Shown: in pieces, positions 17,549 through 25,713 of the stretch
Layout: every line of letters starts with the position of its first letter
Position numbering within the stretch: position 1 is the stretch's first letter
Assembly (NCBI GenBank): GCA_963718915.1
Contig: CAVRAI010000015.1
Span: forward strand, 450,001-482,000
From: an uncultured Chloroflexia bacterium
GTDB lineage: Bacteria > Chloroflexota > Ktedonobacteria > Ktedonobacterales > JADMIN01
DNA: 32,000 nucleotides
Reading direction: 5' to 3'
The notes under the pieces: model-generated
Database searches by the model: none
Told to the model about the DNA's origin: nothing
The model's input: the letters and a program-made list of their open reading frames with translations, nothing else
Made by a program: the position numbers and the translations under genes

Positions 17549-17827
17549 ATAGCCGAAGGTCTGTGAGCTATTACCCATCCCGCGCGAATCAGATAGACTC
17601 CGTGGTCGGCGACCGCCCGCGGATCGTCGCTTCGCTGGGGAGCCTCGCTTGCGCTGACGAAGCGGCAGTAGGCGGATTTTCTGCCAGCGCATGCTCATCG
17701 GGCGACTACTCGAAGGCTTCTTCCCACCTTCAGTTCATTCCTGGGCCAGAGAAATGCGAAGGGGCCTGGCGTGAGAAGCGCTAACCCATCACAAAACGCT
17801 CGCAAATCGCAGCGATGTGTTGCAATC

Positions 17828-17846
17828 TATACATCTAATATGTATA
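17828..17846. promoter_or_regulatory. AT-rich perfect palindrome in a divergent intergenic region (candidate operator)
   Basis: TATACAT-CTAAT-ATGTATA (7-bp arms) in the locally AT-rich spacer between the divergent genes ending at 17548 and starting at 17952. Confidence 0.3.
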
Positions 17847-17951
17847 ACTATACCCTGCAGTTGTGCGAATCTACGCTCGATAGCGAGTTTACGAAGAAAT
17901 TGCCAGAGGTTCTGTGGCACAGGTTTTTTTCGGTGGCGTCAGGGGGGTACT

Positions 17952-19181
17952 GTGGATATATCAAATAGGCGGAGAAGATCGTTGGCGAGCCAGTGGCTCC
18001 AGTTCGCAAGCTCCAGTGGCTCCAATCCGCAGCGCACTCTGCAAGAGCGGGAGTTAGCCCGCCGCAGCGACCTGATCGCCTGGCTGGCGCTGGGCATGCT
18101 TGGTGGGCTGGTGATCGTCTCGCCCATCGCCATCGGCGACAATGCTGCTCTGCTGACGTATCTCTGCTTCCTCGCCTTGCAGCTGGCGGCAATAAGCCTC
18201 AACCGGGCTGGTCATATCACGATCGCGGGCATCATTCTCGTTGTCAGCATGAATGCCGCCATCTTCGCCTACATGTGGAGCAGTCCGCTCGGCCTGACGA
18301 TGGGACAACTACCCAACTATGACGCCTTTGCGGTCAGCGTCGTGATTGCGGCGAGCGTTCTGCCACGTCGCTCGGCGTTCATCGTCGCCGCGCTGAACTC
18401 CATGATGATTGTGGCCGACTATGTGATCCGTCCCCACAACGCCAATGTCGCGCTTGATGCGGCCCTCTATCCCAGCGTGACCGTCCAGACGATCTCGCTG
18501 TTGGTGCGTCCAATCGCGTTGCAGTTTATCATGGCGCTGGTGGCGTTCCTCTGGGTTCGCGGTACCGACCTGGCAGTCAGGCGAGCTGATCGAGCCGAAG
18601 AGATCGCTCTGCTCGAATTCCGGGAGCTGGAACGCACAAGCACCCTCGAGGAAGGCATCCACTATCTCCACCAGACGCTGTCCCAGTGGGCGCAGGGCAA
18701 TTTCGCGGGCCGTGTACCCGCTATGCCACTCGAAATCTTGGAGCAGATACGCAACGACCTCAACAACTACATGGAGCGTTTCGGACCGGTCATGAATGCG
18801 ACCTATTATCTCCAGCGGCTGCAGAATGAGGTAGAGCGCCTGACGGCATCGCTCGAGAGCTGGGTTCGCGGGCAACCGGTTGTCTGGCCGGAGCCGAGTG
18901 GAACGCCACTTGACCGTGCCATCGAACTGCTGCGCGGCCCCGGATCGCGGCCATCGTCGTATTCGTCTCCCTCATCGGCGCCAATGCGGCCAACAGGAGC
19001 GCCTCGCTTGACGCCCATGCCCTCCCCGCCGGGACCGATGCCGCCCACCTCTTCGAGAGCTACCGGTGGGCCATTCGCGCAGCCCCCGTTTGATCCACAT
19101 GCGCCGCCTGGCCAGCAGTTCGGCGTGTTCCCACCAGACGACGACACCTCAGACAACAATCCGGGCAATCGCTGGCCATAG
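17952..19181 (+). CDS. hypothetical polytopic membrane protein with a HAMP-like/coiled segment and a Pro-rich tail
   Basis: Start placed at GTG 17952 (AGGGGGG lies 4 nt upstream). About 6 TM helices (LIAWLALGMLGGLVIV ... IMALVAFLWV), then GNFAGRVPAMPLEILEQIRNDLNNYMERF (HAMP-like), a heptad-like stretch, and the tail PSSYSSPSSAPMRPTGAPRLTPMPSPPGPMPP... No recognisable output domain. Confidence 0.7.
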   Translation: MDISNRRRRSLASQWLQFASSSGSNPQRTLQERELARRSDLIAWLALGMLGGLVIVSPIAIGDNAALLTYLCFLALQLAAISLNRAGHITIAGIILVVSMNAAIFAYMWSSPLGLTMGQLPNYDAFAVSVVIAASVLPRRSAFIVAALNSMMIVADYVIRPHNANVALDAALYPSVTVQTISLLVRPIALQFIMALVAFLWVRGTDLAVRRADRAEEIALLEFRELERTSTLEEGIHYLHQTLSQWAQGNFAGRVPAMPLEILEQIRNDLNNYMERFGPVMNATYYLQRLQNEVERLTASLESWVRGQPVVWPEPSGTPLDRAIELLRGPGSRPSSYSSPSSAPMRPTGAPRLTPMPSPPGPMPPTSSRATGGPFAQPPFDPHAPPGQQFGVFPPDDDTSDNNPGNRWP

Positions 19182-19193
19182 CCGGTCGTCACG

Positions 19194-20294
19194 CTACAAT
19201 GGATTCGAGACAGCCATCTGCGACGTTGCCAGCGTCTGGGCAGGCTCGGGCGGCGCGTCTGGGCGATGGGCGGGCGTCTGGCCTAGCCTGCGCGGGCGCC
19301 AGACCTTGAGGTACTGCGCCAGGAAGTACGAGCCGATGACGATGATGGCGGCGATTCCCTGCGCGGCCAGCGACTCGACGTTGGGGAAGACCGCGAACCA
19401 CAGGCCCATCCAGTCCGGGATAGGCAGGTGAATCGGTGTGGTTGAGAACCAGCCTGCCAATTGCATCTCCTGCATCTGCTCCCCCACCATCACCAGGAAG
19501 ACGCCGCCAAGCAGCACTCCAGTGAGGACGAGCATGCGCTTGTAAGGCAGCCGCTGGTGCGCGACGAATGTGAGCGCGGCGACGATAGCAGTGAAGAATA
19601 GTCCAACAAGCACTCCCTGCAAGACGATGCTCGATCCAACCTGGAGCCGCAGGCTTTGCAGGAAGAGCACCACCTCGAAACCCTCGCGATAGACCGAGGT
19701 GAAGCCCAGGATAATCAGCCCCCAGAGCAGCCGCGAATAGGCGGTTGTCGCGCCGCTGGTGTTTTTGGCCTGTTCCGCCTCGCTGATGAGCGCGCGCTTG
19801 CGGCGGTTATGCATCGAAATCCAGCCGGTCCAGTAGACCTTATGGAAGAACCAGTTCATGATCACGATCAGGACGACGATCGCGAGGAGGCCAGTGGCCG
19901 CCTGAAGGTTCAGCGCTGGGACGCTATCCGCCAGGTTGCTGAGGATGCCGACCACAATGAACCAGGTAATGAGCGTCGCAAGGAAGCCAAAGCCCGCGCC
20001 CACGCCGATTGGCCGCCGATAGGATTGATTCCCGCCTCGCATGCTGGCGGTAATCGCGGCGAGCACCAGAATCATTTCCAGGCCCTCGCGGAAGACGAGC
20101 AGCCCCGTATCTACGATAGCGGCCTGCGGGCTGATCCGCCCGGTGCTCGGATCGGGATTGCCCGACGCGGTGATGCCCTGCCAGACGAGCACACTGACGA
20201 GCAGCACGCTCGCGAGGATCAGAACAACGAGACCGATGCGTTTGACGAGCGAGCGCTTCGGCTGCGCGATGGCCTGTGCGACTTCGGAAGCCAT
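19194..20294 (-). CDS. FTR1/EfeU-family high-affinity iron permease
   Basis: Two REXXE motifs within TM helices (FREGLEMILV and YREGFEVVLFL) and 7 predicted TM helices. Start placed at ATG 20294 (GGGAAGGGA upstream). Confidence 0.88.
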   Translation of the reverse strand: MASEVAQAIAQPKRSLVKRIGLVVLILASVLLVSVLVWQGITASGNPDPSTGRISPQAAIVDTGLLVFREGLEMILVLAAITASMRGGNQSYRRPIGVGAGFGFLATLITWFIVVGILSNLADSVPALNLQAATGLLAIVVLIVIMNWFFHKVYWTGWISMHNRRKRALISEAEQAKNTSGATTAYSRLLWGLIILGFTSVYREGFEVVLFLQSLRLQVGSSIVLQGVLVGLFFTAIVAALTFVAHQRLPYKRMLVLTGVLLGGVFLVMVGEQMQEMQLAGWFSTTPIHLPIPDWMGLWFAVFPNVESLAAQGIAAIIVIGSYFLAQYLKVWRPRRLGQTPAHRPDAPPEPAQTLATSQMAVSNPL

Positions 20295-20369
20295 GCCCAA
20301 TCCCTTCCCACTGGACCCCTTGCGTGAGGCGCGATGTACAGAGATGCCATTCCCAACTGTGCAAGTCGG

Positions 20370-20389
20370 ATATTAGCATGGCCTAATAT
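20370..20389. promoter_or_regulatory. perfect palindrome upstream of the iron permease (candidate operator)
   Basis: ATATTAG-CATGGC-CTAATAT (7-bp arms), 76 nt upstream of the FTR1 start and 70 nt downstream of the response-regulator stop on the same strand. Confidence 0.35.
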
Positions 20390-20458
20390 GGAAAAGCAAC
20401 TCCTGTAGGTCGATTGTGTGGAAAGTGGCTTGGAGAGCACGATAACCGCCCAGTGTTA

Positions 20459-21109
20459 TTATTCGCCGGGGCGCAGGCGAATCAGCCCGCGTTGCGCGGC
20501 GATGGCCACCGCTTCGGTGCGGTTGCCCGCGCCCAGTTTGCGCAGCAGCGACCCAACATGAAACTTGGTGGTGCGCCCGGTGATGCCCAGTTCGATGGCG
20601 ATTTCTTTGTTTTGCAGGCCGCGCGCCAGCAGCCGCAACACATCCAGCTCGCGCGGAGTGAGTGTCGCCTCGCCGGGCGATTCGCGGCTCACCTGACGTA
20701 GCAGCTTCTGGGCGATCATCGGCTCCAGCAGCGAGCCGCCCTGATGGACGACGCGGATCGCTTGAAAGATGTCGTTGCGCGGCGCTCCTTTGAGCAGATA
20801 GCCCTGCGCCCCGGCGCGGACGGCGCTGAGGATGCGCTCGTCGGTGTCGAACGCGGTGAAGATGATGACGCGCGTCTCTGGCGCAAGATGCTGGAGTTGC
20901 CGCAGCGTCTCGACACCATCCATCTCGGGCATTTCAAGATCGAGTAATACAATATCAGGTCGGAGCGTTCTGGCGAGTTCGAGTGTCGTCTGGCCGCTCG
21001 CCGCGTCGCCGACGACGGCGAAATCAGGCTGGGAGCCGAGGATGGCCACCAGTCCGTCACGGACGACGGGATGATCGTCGGTCACAACAATACGAATCTG
21101 CCCGCTCAT
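20459..21109 (-). CDS. NarL/LuxR-family two-component response regulator
   Basis: Receiver domain (IRIVVTDDHPVVRDG...DIVLLDLEMPEMDG...GYLLKG) plus a C-terminal LuxR HTH (LTPRELDVLRLLARGLQNKEIAIELGITGRTTKFHVGSLLRKLG). Its start overlaps the kinase stop (ATGA). Confidence 0.92.
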   Translation of the reverse strand: MSGQIRIVVTDDHPVVRDGLVAILGSQPDFAVVGDAASGQTTLELARTLRPDIVLLDLEMPEMDGVETLRQLQHLAPETRVIIFTAFDTDERILSAVRAGAQGYLLKGAPRNDIFQAIRVVHQGGSLLEPMIAQKLLRQVSRESPGEATLTPRELDVLRLLARGLQNKEIAIELGITGRTTKFHVGSLLRKLGAGNRTEAVAIAAQRGLIRLRPGE

Positions 21110-22293
21110 TCGTGTTTCTCCAGTGGAGTCAGTGGGATGCGCACCTCAATGCGTGTGCCACGCCCGCGCGTGCTGAGCACCTGCGCCTCGCCGCCAAGCA
21201 GCCGCGCGCGCTCGCGGATGCCAAGCAGCCCGTAGTGTCCATGCAATCCGCGCTCCGGGTTGAATCCACGGCCATCGTCGCTCACGATAGCCGTCAGCGC
21301 GTCCGGCGTTATCTCCAGGTGAATCGTGGCATTGCGCGCGTGGGCGTGACGGCGTATGTTGACCAGCGCCTCCTGAATGATCCGGTAGATGCCCACTTCG
21401 ATACGCACGGGCAGCGGCTGCGCGGCGCCAGTGATCCTGGTTGTGATATGTGGATCATCCGGCTCGGTGGCTGCCGCGAGCGTGGCGACCGCCTGGGCGA
21501 GCGTCCGCCCTTCCAGTGGCGCGGCGCGCAGATCCAGCACCGAGCGGCGCGCCTCTTCGAGCGTCTGGCGCGCCTGTTTGAGCGCGCTCTGAATGCTCTG
21601 GCGCACCTGCTCTGGGTCGGCGTTCGCCTCGGCCAGCGCGTCGGCGGATTCCAGCCGGAGCGCGATGCCCGCGATGTTTTGGGCCAGGGTGTCATGTATC
21701 TCACGCGCCAGCCGGTTGCGCTCCTCAACCGCGCCCATCTGTGCGCTACGGGCGAAGAGCCGGGCGCGTTCGACGGCGATGCTCAGCAGGTCGCCGATGG
21801 TATGCAGCAGCCGCAGGTCGTCCGGCGCCAACTCGCGCCAGTCGGAGCTGGCCACATTGAGAACGCCGAGCTTCTTCTCCTGGGCGTAGAGCGGAATACT
21901 GGCGTGGTAGCGCAGGCCATTCGCGCCATCGACCAGCCCTTTGAGCCGCGTGCAGGTGACCACATTGACATTGGCGGCGCCGCTCAGGTCGCCTGCGGTG
22001 TAGGTATCCAGGCAGTAGCACGTGCCCTCCATACGGTGCGGGAAGTTGGCAAGGCCCGGCGGAAGATCCTGCGAGGCCGCCAGATAGGGCTGACAGGTCT
22101 CTTCGTCCAGCAGCCAGACCCAGCCCGTGTGCAGATCGAGGAGCGCGGCCACCTGCGCCAGGGCCGCGTGCAGCGCCTCGTTCAGGTCCACTGTGCTATT
22201 GAGCGCGCTGGCGATGGCATTGAGAATTCTCAGATCGCGGTTGCGCCGCTGAAGCTCGGCAGCGCTGGAACGCCGCGCTGGTCGCTCTGACAT
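21106..22293 (-). CDS. GAF-domain sensor histidine kinase (HisKA_3/NarX-type)
   Basis: N-terminal GAF-like region, an H-box ERNRLAREIHDTLAQ, and an ATPase region (NIRRHAHARNA...DDGRGF...GLLGIRERARLLGG). Start placed at ATG 22293 (GGGAG lies 6 nt upstream). Confidence 0.9.
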   Translation of the reverse strand: MSERPARRSSAAELQRRNRDLRILNAIASALNSTVDLNEALHAALAQVAALLDLHTGWVWLLDEETCQPYLAASQDLPPGLANFPHRMEGTCYCLDTYTAGDLSGAANVNVVTCTRLKGLVDGANGLRYHASIPLYAQEKKLGVLNVASSDWRELAPDDLRLLHTIGDLLSIAVERARLFARSAQMGAVEERNRLAREIHDTLAQNIAGIALRLESADALAEANADPEQVRQSIQSALKQARQTLEEARRSVLDLRAAPLEGRTLAQAVATLAAATEPDDPHITTRITGAAQPLPVRIEVGIYRIIQEALVNIRRHAHARNATIHLEITPDALTAIVSDDGRGFNPERGLHGHYGLLGIRERARLLGGEAQVLSTRGRGTRIEVRIPLTPLEKHE

Positions 22294-22528
22294 GGTGATC
22301 TCCCGGCTTCTACTCCCCACTCTTCAGTATATCGCGTCGGCTCGCCCGGAGCGCTGACCATCCCCCGGCAGCGCGACCCCAATCAGCTGATATATGCGCT
22401 ATTGACGAGTTTGACCACCGAATTTTAGCCATGCTCAGAGTTTCGGCATGAACCTTGCTTTAGTATGGTTGAGTGTCGATCGTTCGATTGTAGTGTTTAC
22501 TGCTATAAACGGGAGGGATGCGGACGCC

Positions 22529-23956
22529 ATGTCAATGGAATTAAGCCAGGTCACACAGCAGACGCAGGTTCATGTGCCTTCGCCCCAGCTGGTAGCCGCG
22601 AACCATGTGCTGGCGCTTTCATCCGCCGAATTGCAGTCCTTGATCTATCAGGAGATGGATGAGAACCCGGCGCTTGACATGGAGGAGACCGCTGTCTGTC
22701 CGCGATGCGGCTTTCCTCTGCACGGGCCGACATGTGAGACATGCCAGCAGAATGCCACCCTCGAGTCGTCGTCCACGCTAGGCGCAAATGAGTATGGCGA
22801 TGACACGAACTGGCGTCAGCAGACTCGCGGCGATGAGGATGAGTTTGACCCAACGACACGCGTCGCCGCGCAGATGAGCCTCGCCGAACATCTGACGCTT
22901 TCACTGCAGGCGCAATTTCCCGCGGAGGACGCGCTTCTGATCGAATATCTGGTGGGCAATCTCGACGACGATGGCCGTCTGCGCTGCTCGTCTGATGAGG
23001 CGAAAGACCGCTTCGATGCTACACCAGAGCGTGTCGAGGAGATTATTCGCGCGCTTCAGGCGATGGAGCCGATTGGTGTCGGCGCGCGCGATCTGCGCGA
23101 GTGTCTGCTGATCCAGCTCGATTATGTGACGTCGCAGACAAATACACCTCAGCCCCTCGTACAGGAGATTATCAGCGAGCATCTGGGCGCCCTGAGCGAA
23201 CACAAGTATAGTCAGATCGCGCTGGAGTTGGGCGCCTCAACCGAGATGGTGCGCGAGGCAAGCGAGTATATCAAGCGCAATCTCAATCCCTTCCCCGGGC
23301 GCGGCCATCTCGACGTCAATCTTCTGGGCGGCGGCGAAGCGGCGGCCCCCATCCTGCCCGATGTGGTCATCTCGCGCAAGACGCTGGCTGGTGGTGTCGA
23401 TATCTTCGAGGTTGAGGTCATCGAGTCGAAACGATACTTCCTGCGCGTCAATCCGAGCTATGCCCAGGTCTACCTTGCCTCGAAACACCATGAGGCGGGA
23501 TTGAGCGACGATGAGCGTCAGCATATCCAGCATTATGTAATGCGCGCGCGTCTCTTTATCGCCAATATCAATCAGCGACGCCAGACGCTGGCGCGTATCA
23601 CCCACTGTGTCGTCGAGATCCAGCACGACTTTCTGGAGCATGGTGTGCGCGCGCTCAAGCCACTGACCCGGGCAAAAGTCGCCACGATGCTGGAACTACA
23701 TGAGTCCACAGTGAGCCGCGCGACCGCATCGAAGTATGTGATGTTGCCGACGGGCGAGGTAATTCCTTTCAGCAACTTCTTCGTCGCCAACCTGAGCATC
23801 AAAGATGTCATCAAAGAGCTGGTGGAGCGCGAGAAGACACCACTCACCGATCAGGAACTGGCCGATCTGCTCAAGAAGCGTGACATCAAGGTGGCGCGGC
23901 GCACAGTCGCCAAATATCGCGAGCAGTTGAGCATCCTGCCATCCACGTTGCGGTGA
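22529..23956 (+). CDS. rpoN: RNA polymerase sigma-54 factor with a Cys4 insertion after region I
   Basis: Region I (QLVAANHVLALSSAELQSLIYQEMDENPALD), a core-binding region, the HTH (KVATMLELHESTVSRATASKYV) and the RpoN box (ARRTVAKYREQLSI). CPRCGFPLHGPTCETC lies between region I and the acidic region II. Start placed at ATG 22529. Confidence 0.9.
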   Translation: MSMELSQVTQQTQVHVPSPQLVAANHVLALSSAELQSLIYQEMDENPALDMEETAVCPRCGFPLHGPTCETCQQNATLESSSTLGANEYGDDTNWRQQTRGDEDEFDPTTRVAAQMSLAEHLTLSLQAQFPAEDALLIEYLVGNLDDDGRLRCSSDEAKDRFDATPERVEEIIRALQAMEPIGVGARDLRECLLIQLDYVTSQTNTPQPLVQEIISEHLGALSEHKYSQIALELGASTEMVREASEYIKRNLNPFPGRGHLDVNLLGGGEAAAPILPDVVISRKTLAGGVDIFEVEVIESKRYFLRVNPSYAQVYLASKHHEAGLSDDERQHIQHYVMRARLFIANINQRRQTLARITHCVVEIQHDFLEHGVRALKPLTRAKVATMLELHESTVSRATASKYVMLPTGEVIPFSNFFVANLSIKDVIKELVEREKTPLTDQELADLLKKRDIKVARRTVAKYREQLSILPSTLR

Positions 23957-23964
23957 GATGGCTG

Positions 23965-24000
23965 AACCTCACCCCAGCCCCTCTCCTACGAGGAGAGGGG
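23965..24000. repeat. hairpin repeat, family 1, copy 2
   Basis: AACCTCACCCCAGCCCCTCTCCTACGAGGAGAGGGG. CCCCTCTCC (23978-23986) pairs with GGAGAGGGG (23992-24000). Starts 9 nt after the rpoN stop. Confidence 0.65.
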
Positions 24001-24038
24001 AGTACGCGCGTCGCCCACTGGCAGGATGGCCGCCTATG

Positions 24039-24059
24039 CCCTCCCCTTCTAGGGGAGGG
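24039..24059. repeat. G/C hairpin between the two family-1 copies
   Basis: CCCTCCCC-TTCTA-GGGGAGGG, a perfect 8-bp stem. Confidence 0.4.
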
Positions 24060-24096
24060 TGGCCGAAGGCCGGGAGAGGTTCTTCCCTGGCGAGAG

Positions 24097-24131
24097 ACCT
24101 CACCCCAACCCCTCTCCTACGAGGAGAGGGG
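24097..24131. repeat. hairpin repeat, family 1, copy 3
   Basis: ACCTCACCCCAACCCCTCTCCTACGAGGAGAGGGG, differing from copy 2 at one position (G to A). Confidence 0.65.
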
Positions 24132-24249
24132 CTAGAAGCATCAAACCTACGGGCAGATTTCTCCATCGCGCGTCGCGGCCCCGCGCTGTAGACTGGGGCG
24201 AGCGATGGCGCCGTGCCATACGCGTTGATGCAGGCAGGAGCAACGTGAT

Positions 24250-25603
24250 ATGGCTGGCCATTGCAGCATTGTGCCCCACCCCACCGCGCCGCGTGTTCTC
24301 GTGGTCGCCGATGGCGAGCGCTGGACACTTCCTCGCCACGAGACCGAAGAAGCCGAAGCGATCCGCGACCTGATGCGCCAGCGCTACGGGCTGGCTGTGA
24401 CGGTGCTCGGCGCCTACGCGGGCCACTATACCGACGCCGAACATGAAGATCCCGCCTTCATCTTCGCGCTGGAAACCCATGGCGGCAGCGGCGGCCCATT
24501 GCCTGACGACGCCCGTTGGATTGGTCATGCTGAATGCGCGGGCATCGCCCTGGCCGACGACGAGCAGCGCGCGGCCCTCGAACGCTGGTTCGCCGAAGCC
24601 GAAAGCGGCGCCATCCCGACTGAGCGCGCGCCCTGGGAGCGAGCTGGCTGGTTTGCCCTGGCGGCGGAATGGATCGAGCAGGAGCTTGCTCGTCTGGGCT
24701 GGCAACGCACCGGCCCATATGTTCAGCTACACGCGCGAGGCTGGTCGGCGGTGCTGCGGTTGCCGACGACGGGCGGCAACGTATATTTCAAGGCAGTGAC
24801 GCAGCCGTTCGCCTTCGAGCCGCCGCTGACCGCGCTGCTGGCGGGGCTGCTTCCGGCAGAGTCGCCGCGCGTGCTGGCGGTTGATTGCGCCCGCCGCTGG
24901 CTGCTGATGGCCGACGCGGGCGAGCCGATTCGCGACCGCATTCGTGAGACTCGCAACCCGCAACCGTATCATGATATGCTGGTGGCCTTCGCGCGGTTCC
25001 AGCTGGCGCTTCTGCCGCATACGCCTCGGCTGGAGTCCAGCGCTATCCCGGATCGGCGGCTGGAGGCCCTCCCAGCGCTCTTCGCGGTCGACAATGCGTG
25101 ATACCGATGGGCTGCTCGTGGGAAGGCCAGGTGGCCTCACCACGGACGAGTACGCGCAACTTCAGGCGTTGGATGTGGCGGATTTGGCGTCCCGGTTGGC
25201 CAGCTATGGTATCCCGGAGACGCTGGTGCAGGAAGACTGCCATCCAGGCCACTGGATTGCGGGGGCGAATGGCGCGATCTTCTTCGACTGGGGCGATACT
25301 TGTCTCGGCCATCCCTTCCAGTCGCTGATGATGGCGCTGCGCTGGGGACGGCTGGTGCTTGGCTTCGACGCCGCGACGCTCGATGGCATGCGCGACGCCT
25401 ACCTCTCCGAATGGAGCGCCTACGGCTCGCCGGAGCGGCTGCGCGAGGCGTACCAGCTGGCGTGGCGCCTGACCCCGCTGACCCGCGCGCTGACATGGTA
25501 CCGTGTCGTCACTAACCAGGAGCCGTCGGCCCGCTGGCAGTATGAAGACGCCGCGCCCTACTGGCTCAGTCTCTTCCTCCACGGCGAAGCTAAAGACGGA
25601 TAG
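24250..25603 (+). pseudogene. phosphotransferase-family (APH/choline-kinase-like) protein with an extra N-terminal domain; reading frame broken once near 25093
   Basis: ORF 24250-25101 plus ORF 24944-25603, offset by one base. They join as ...LEALPALFAVD/MRDTDGLLVGRPGGLTTDEY if a25093 is skipped. Kinase-like motifs VQEDCHPGHW (catalytic-loop position) and IFFDWGDTCLGHPF (DxG/DFG-like). AGGAG lies 9 nt before the ATG at 24250. Confidence 0.75.
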
Positions 25604-25659
25604 CCGGAACCGTCTTCATATCTCCCTCCCTCTTGACAGGACATCACAATGCTGTCACA

Positions 25660-25683
25660 CTTCATTCATTCACTTGAATGAAG
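25660..25683. promoter_or_regulatory. perfect inverted repeat, candidate TetR operator
   Basis: CTTCATTCA-TTCACT-TGAATGAAG (9-bp arms), 31 nt upstream of the TetR ATG at 25714 and downstream of a TTGACA at 25633-25638. Confidence 0.45.
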
Positions 25684-25713
25684 GCACGATTGCTCTTTGT
25701 GGAAGTATCCGTT

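Noticed and set aside
17915-17929. TGGCAC-AGGTT-TTTT about 35 nt upstream of the membrane-protein start, as a sigma-54 promoter
   Set aside because: The -24 hexamer is perfect and the position is attractive. However, the near-invariant -12 GC is absent, replaced by a T-run.
20983-22290. 435-aa plus-strand ORF, the longest unexplained ORF in the track
   Set aside because: It is exactly antisense to the histidine kinase and response regulator genes. The sequence is Arg/Ala/Gly-rich with no motifs, which is typical of a high-GC antisense open frame.
23965-24131. Repeat-spacer-repeat arrangement as a mini CRISPR array
   Set aside because: There are only two copies. The repeats are themselves strong palindromic GC hairpins of a dispersed family, also found at 5465. 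The 96-bp interval contains another hairpin, and no cas genes or leader are present.
23953-24373. Small ORFs 23953-24135, 23958-24191, 23969-24328 and 24059-24373
   Set aside because: They are translations of the hairpin repeats (the recurrent PLLRGEG and PSPTRRGE strings). There are no start-site signals, and they overlap in several frames.
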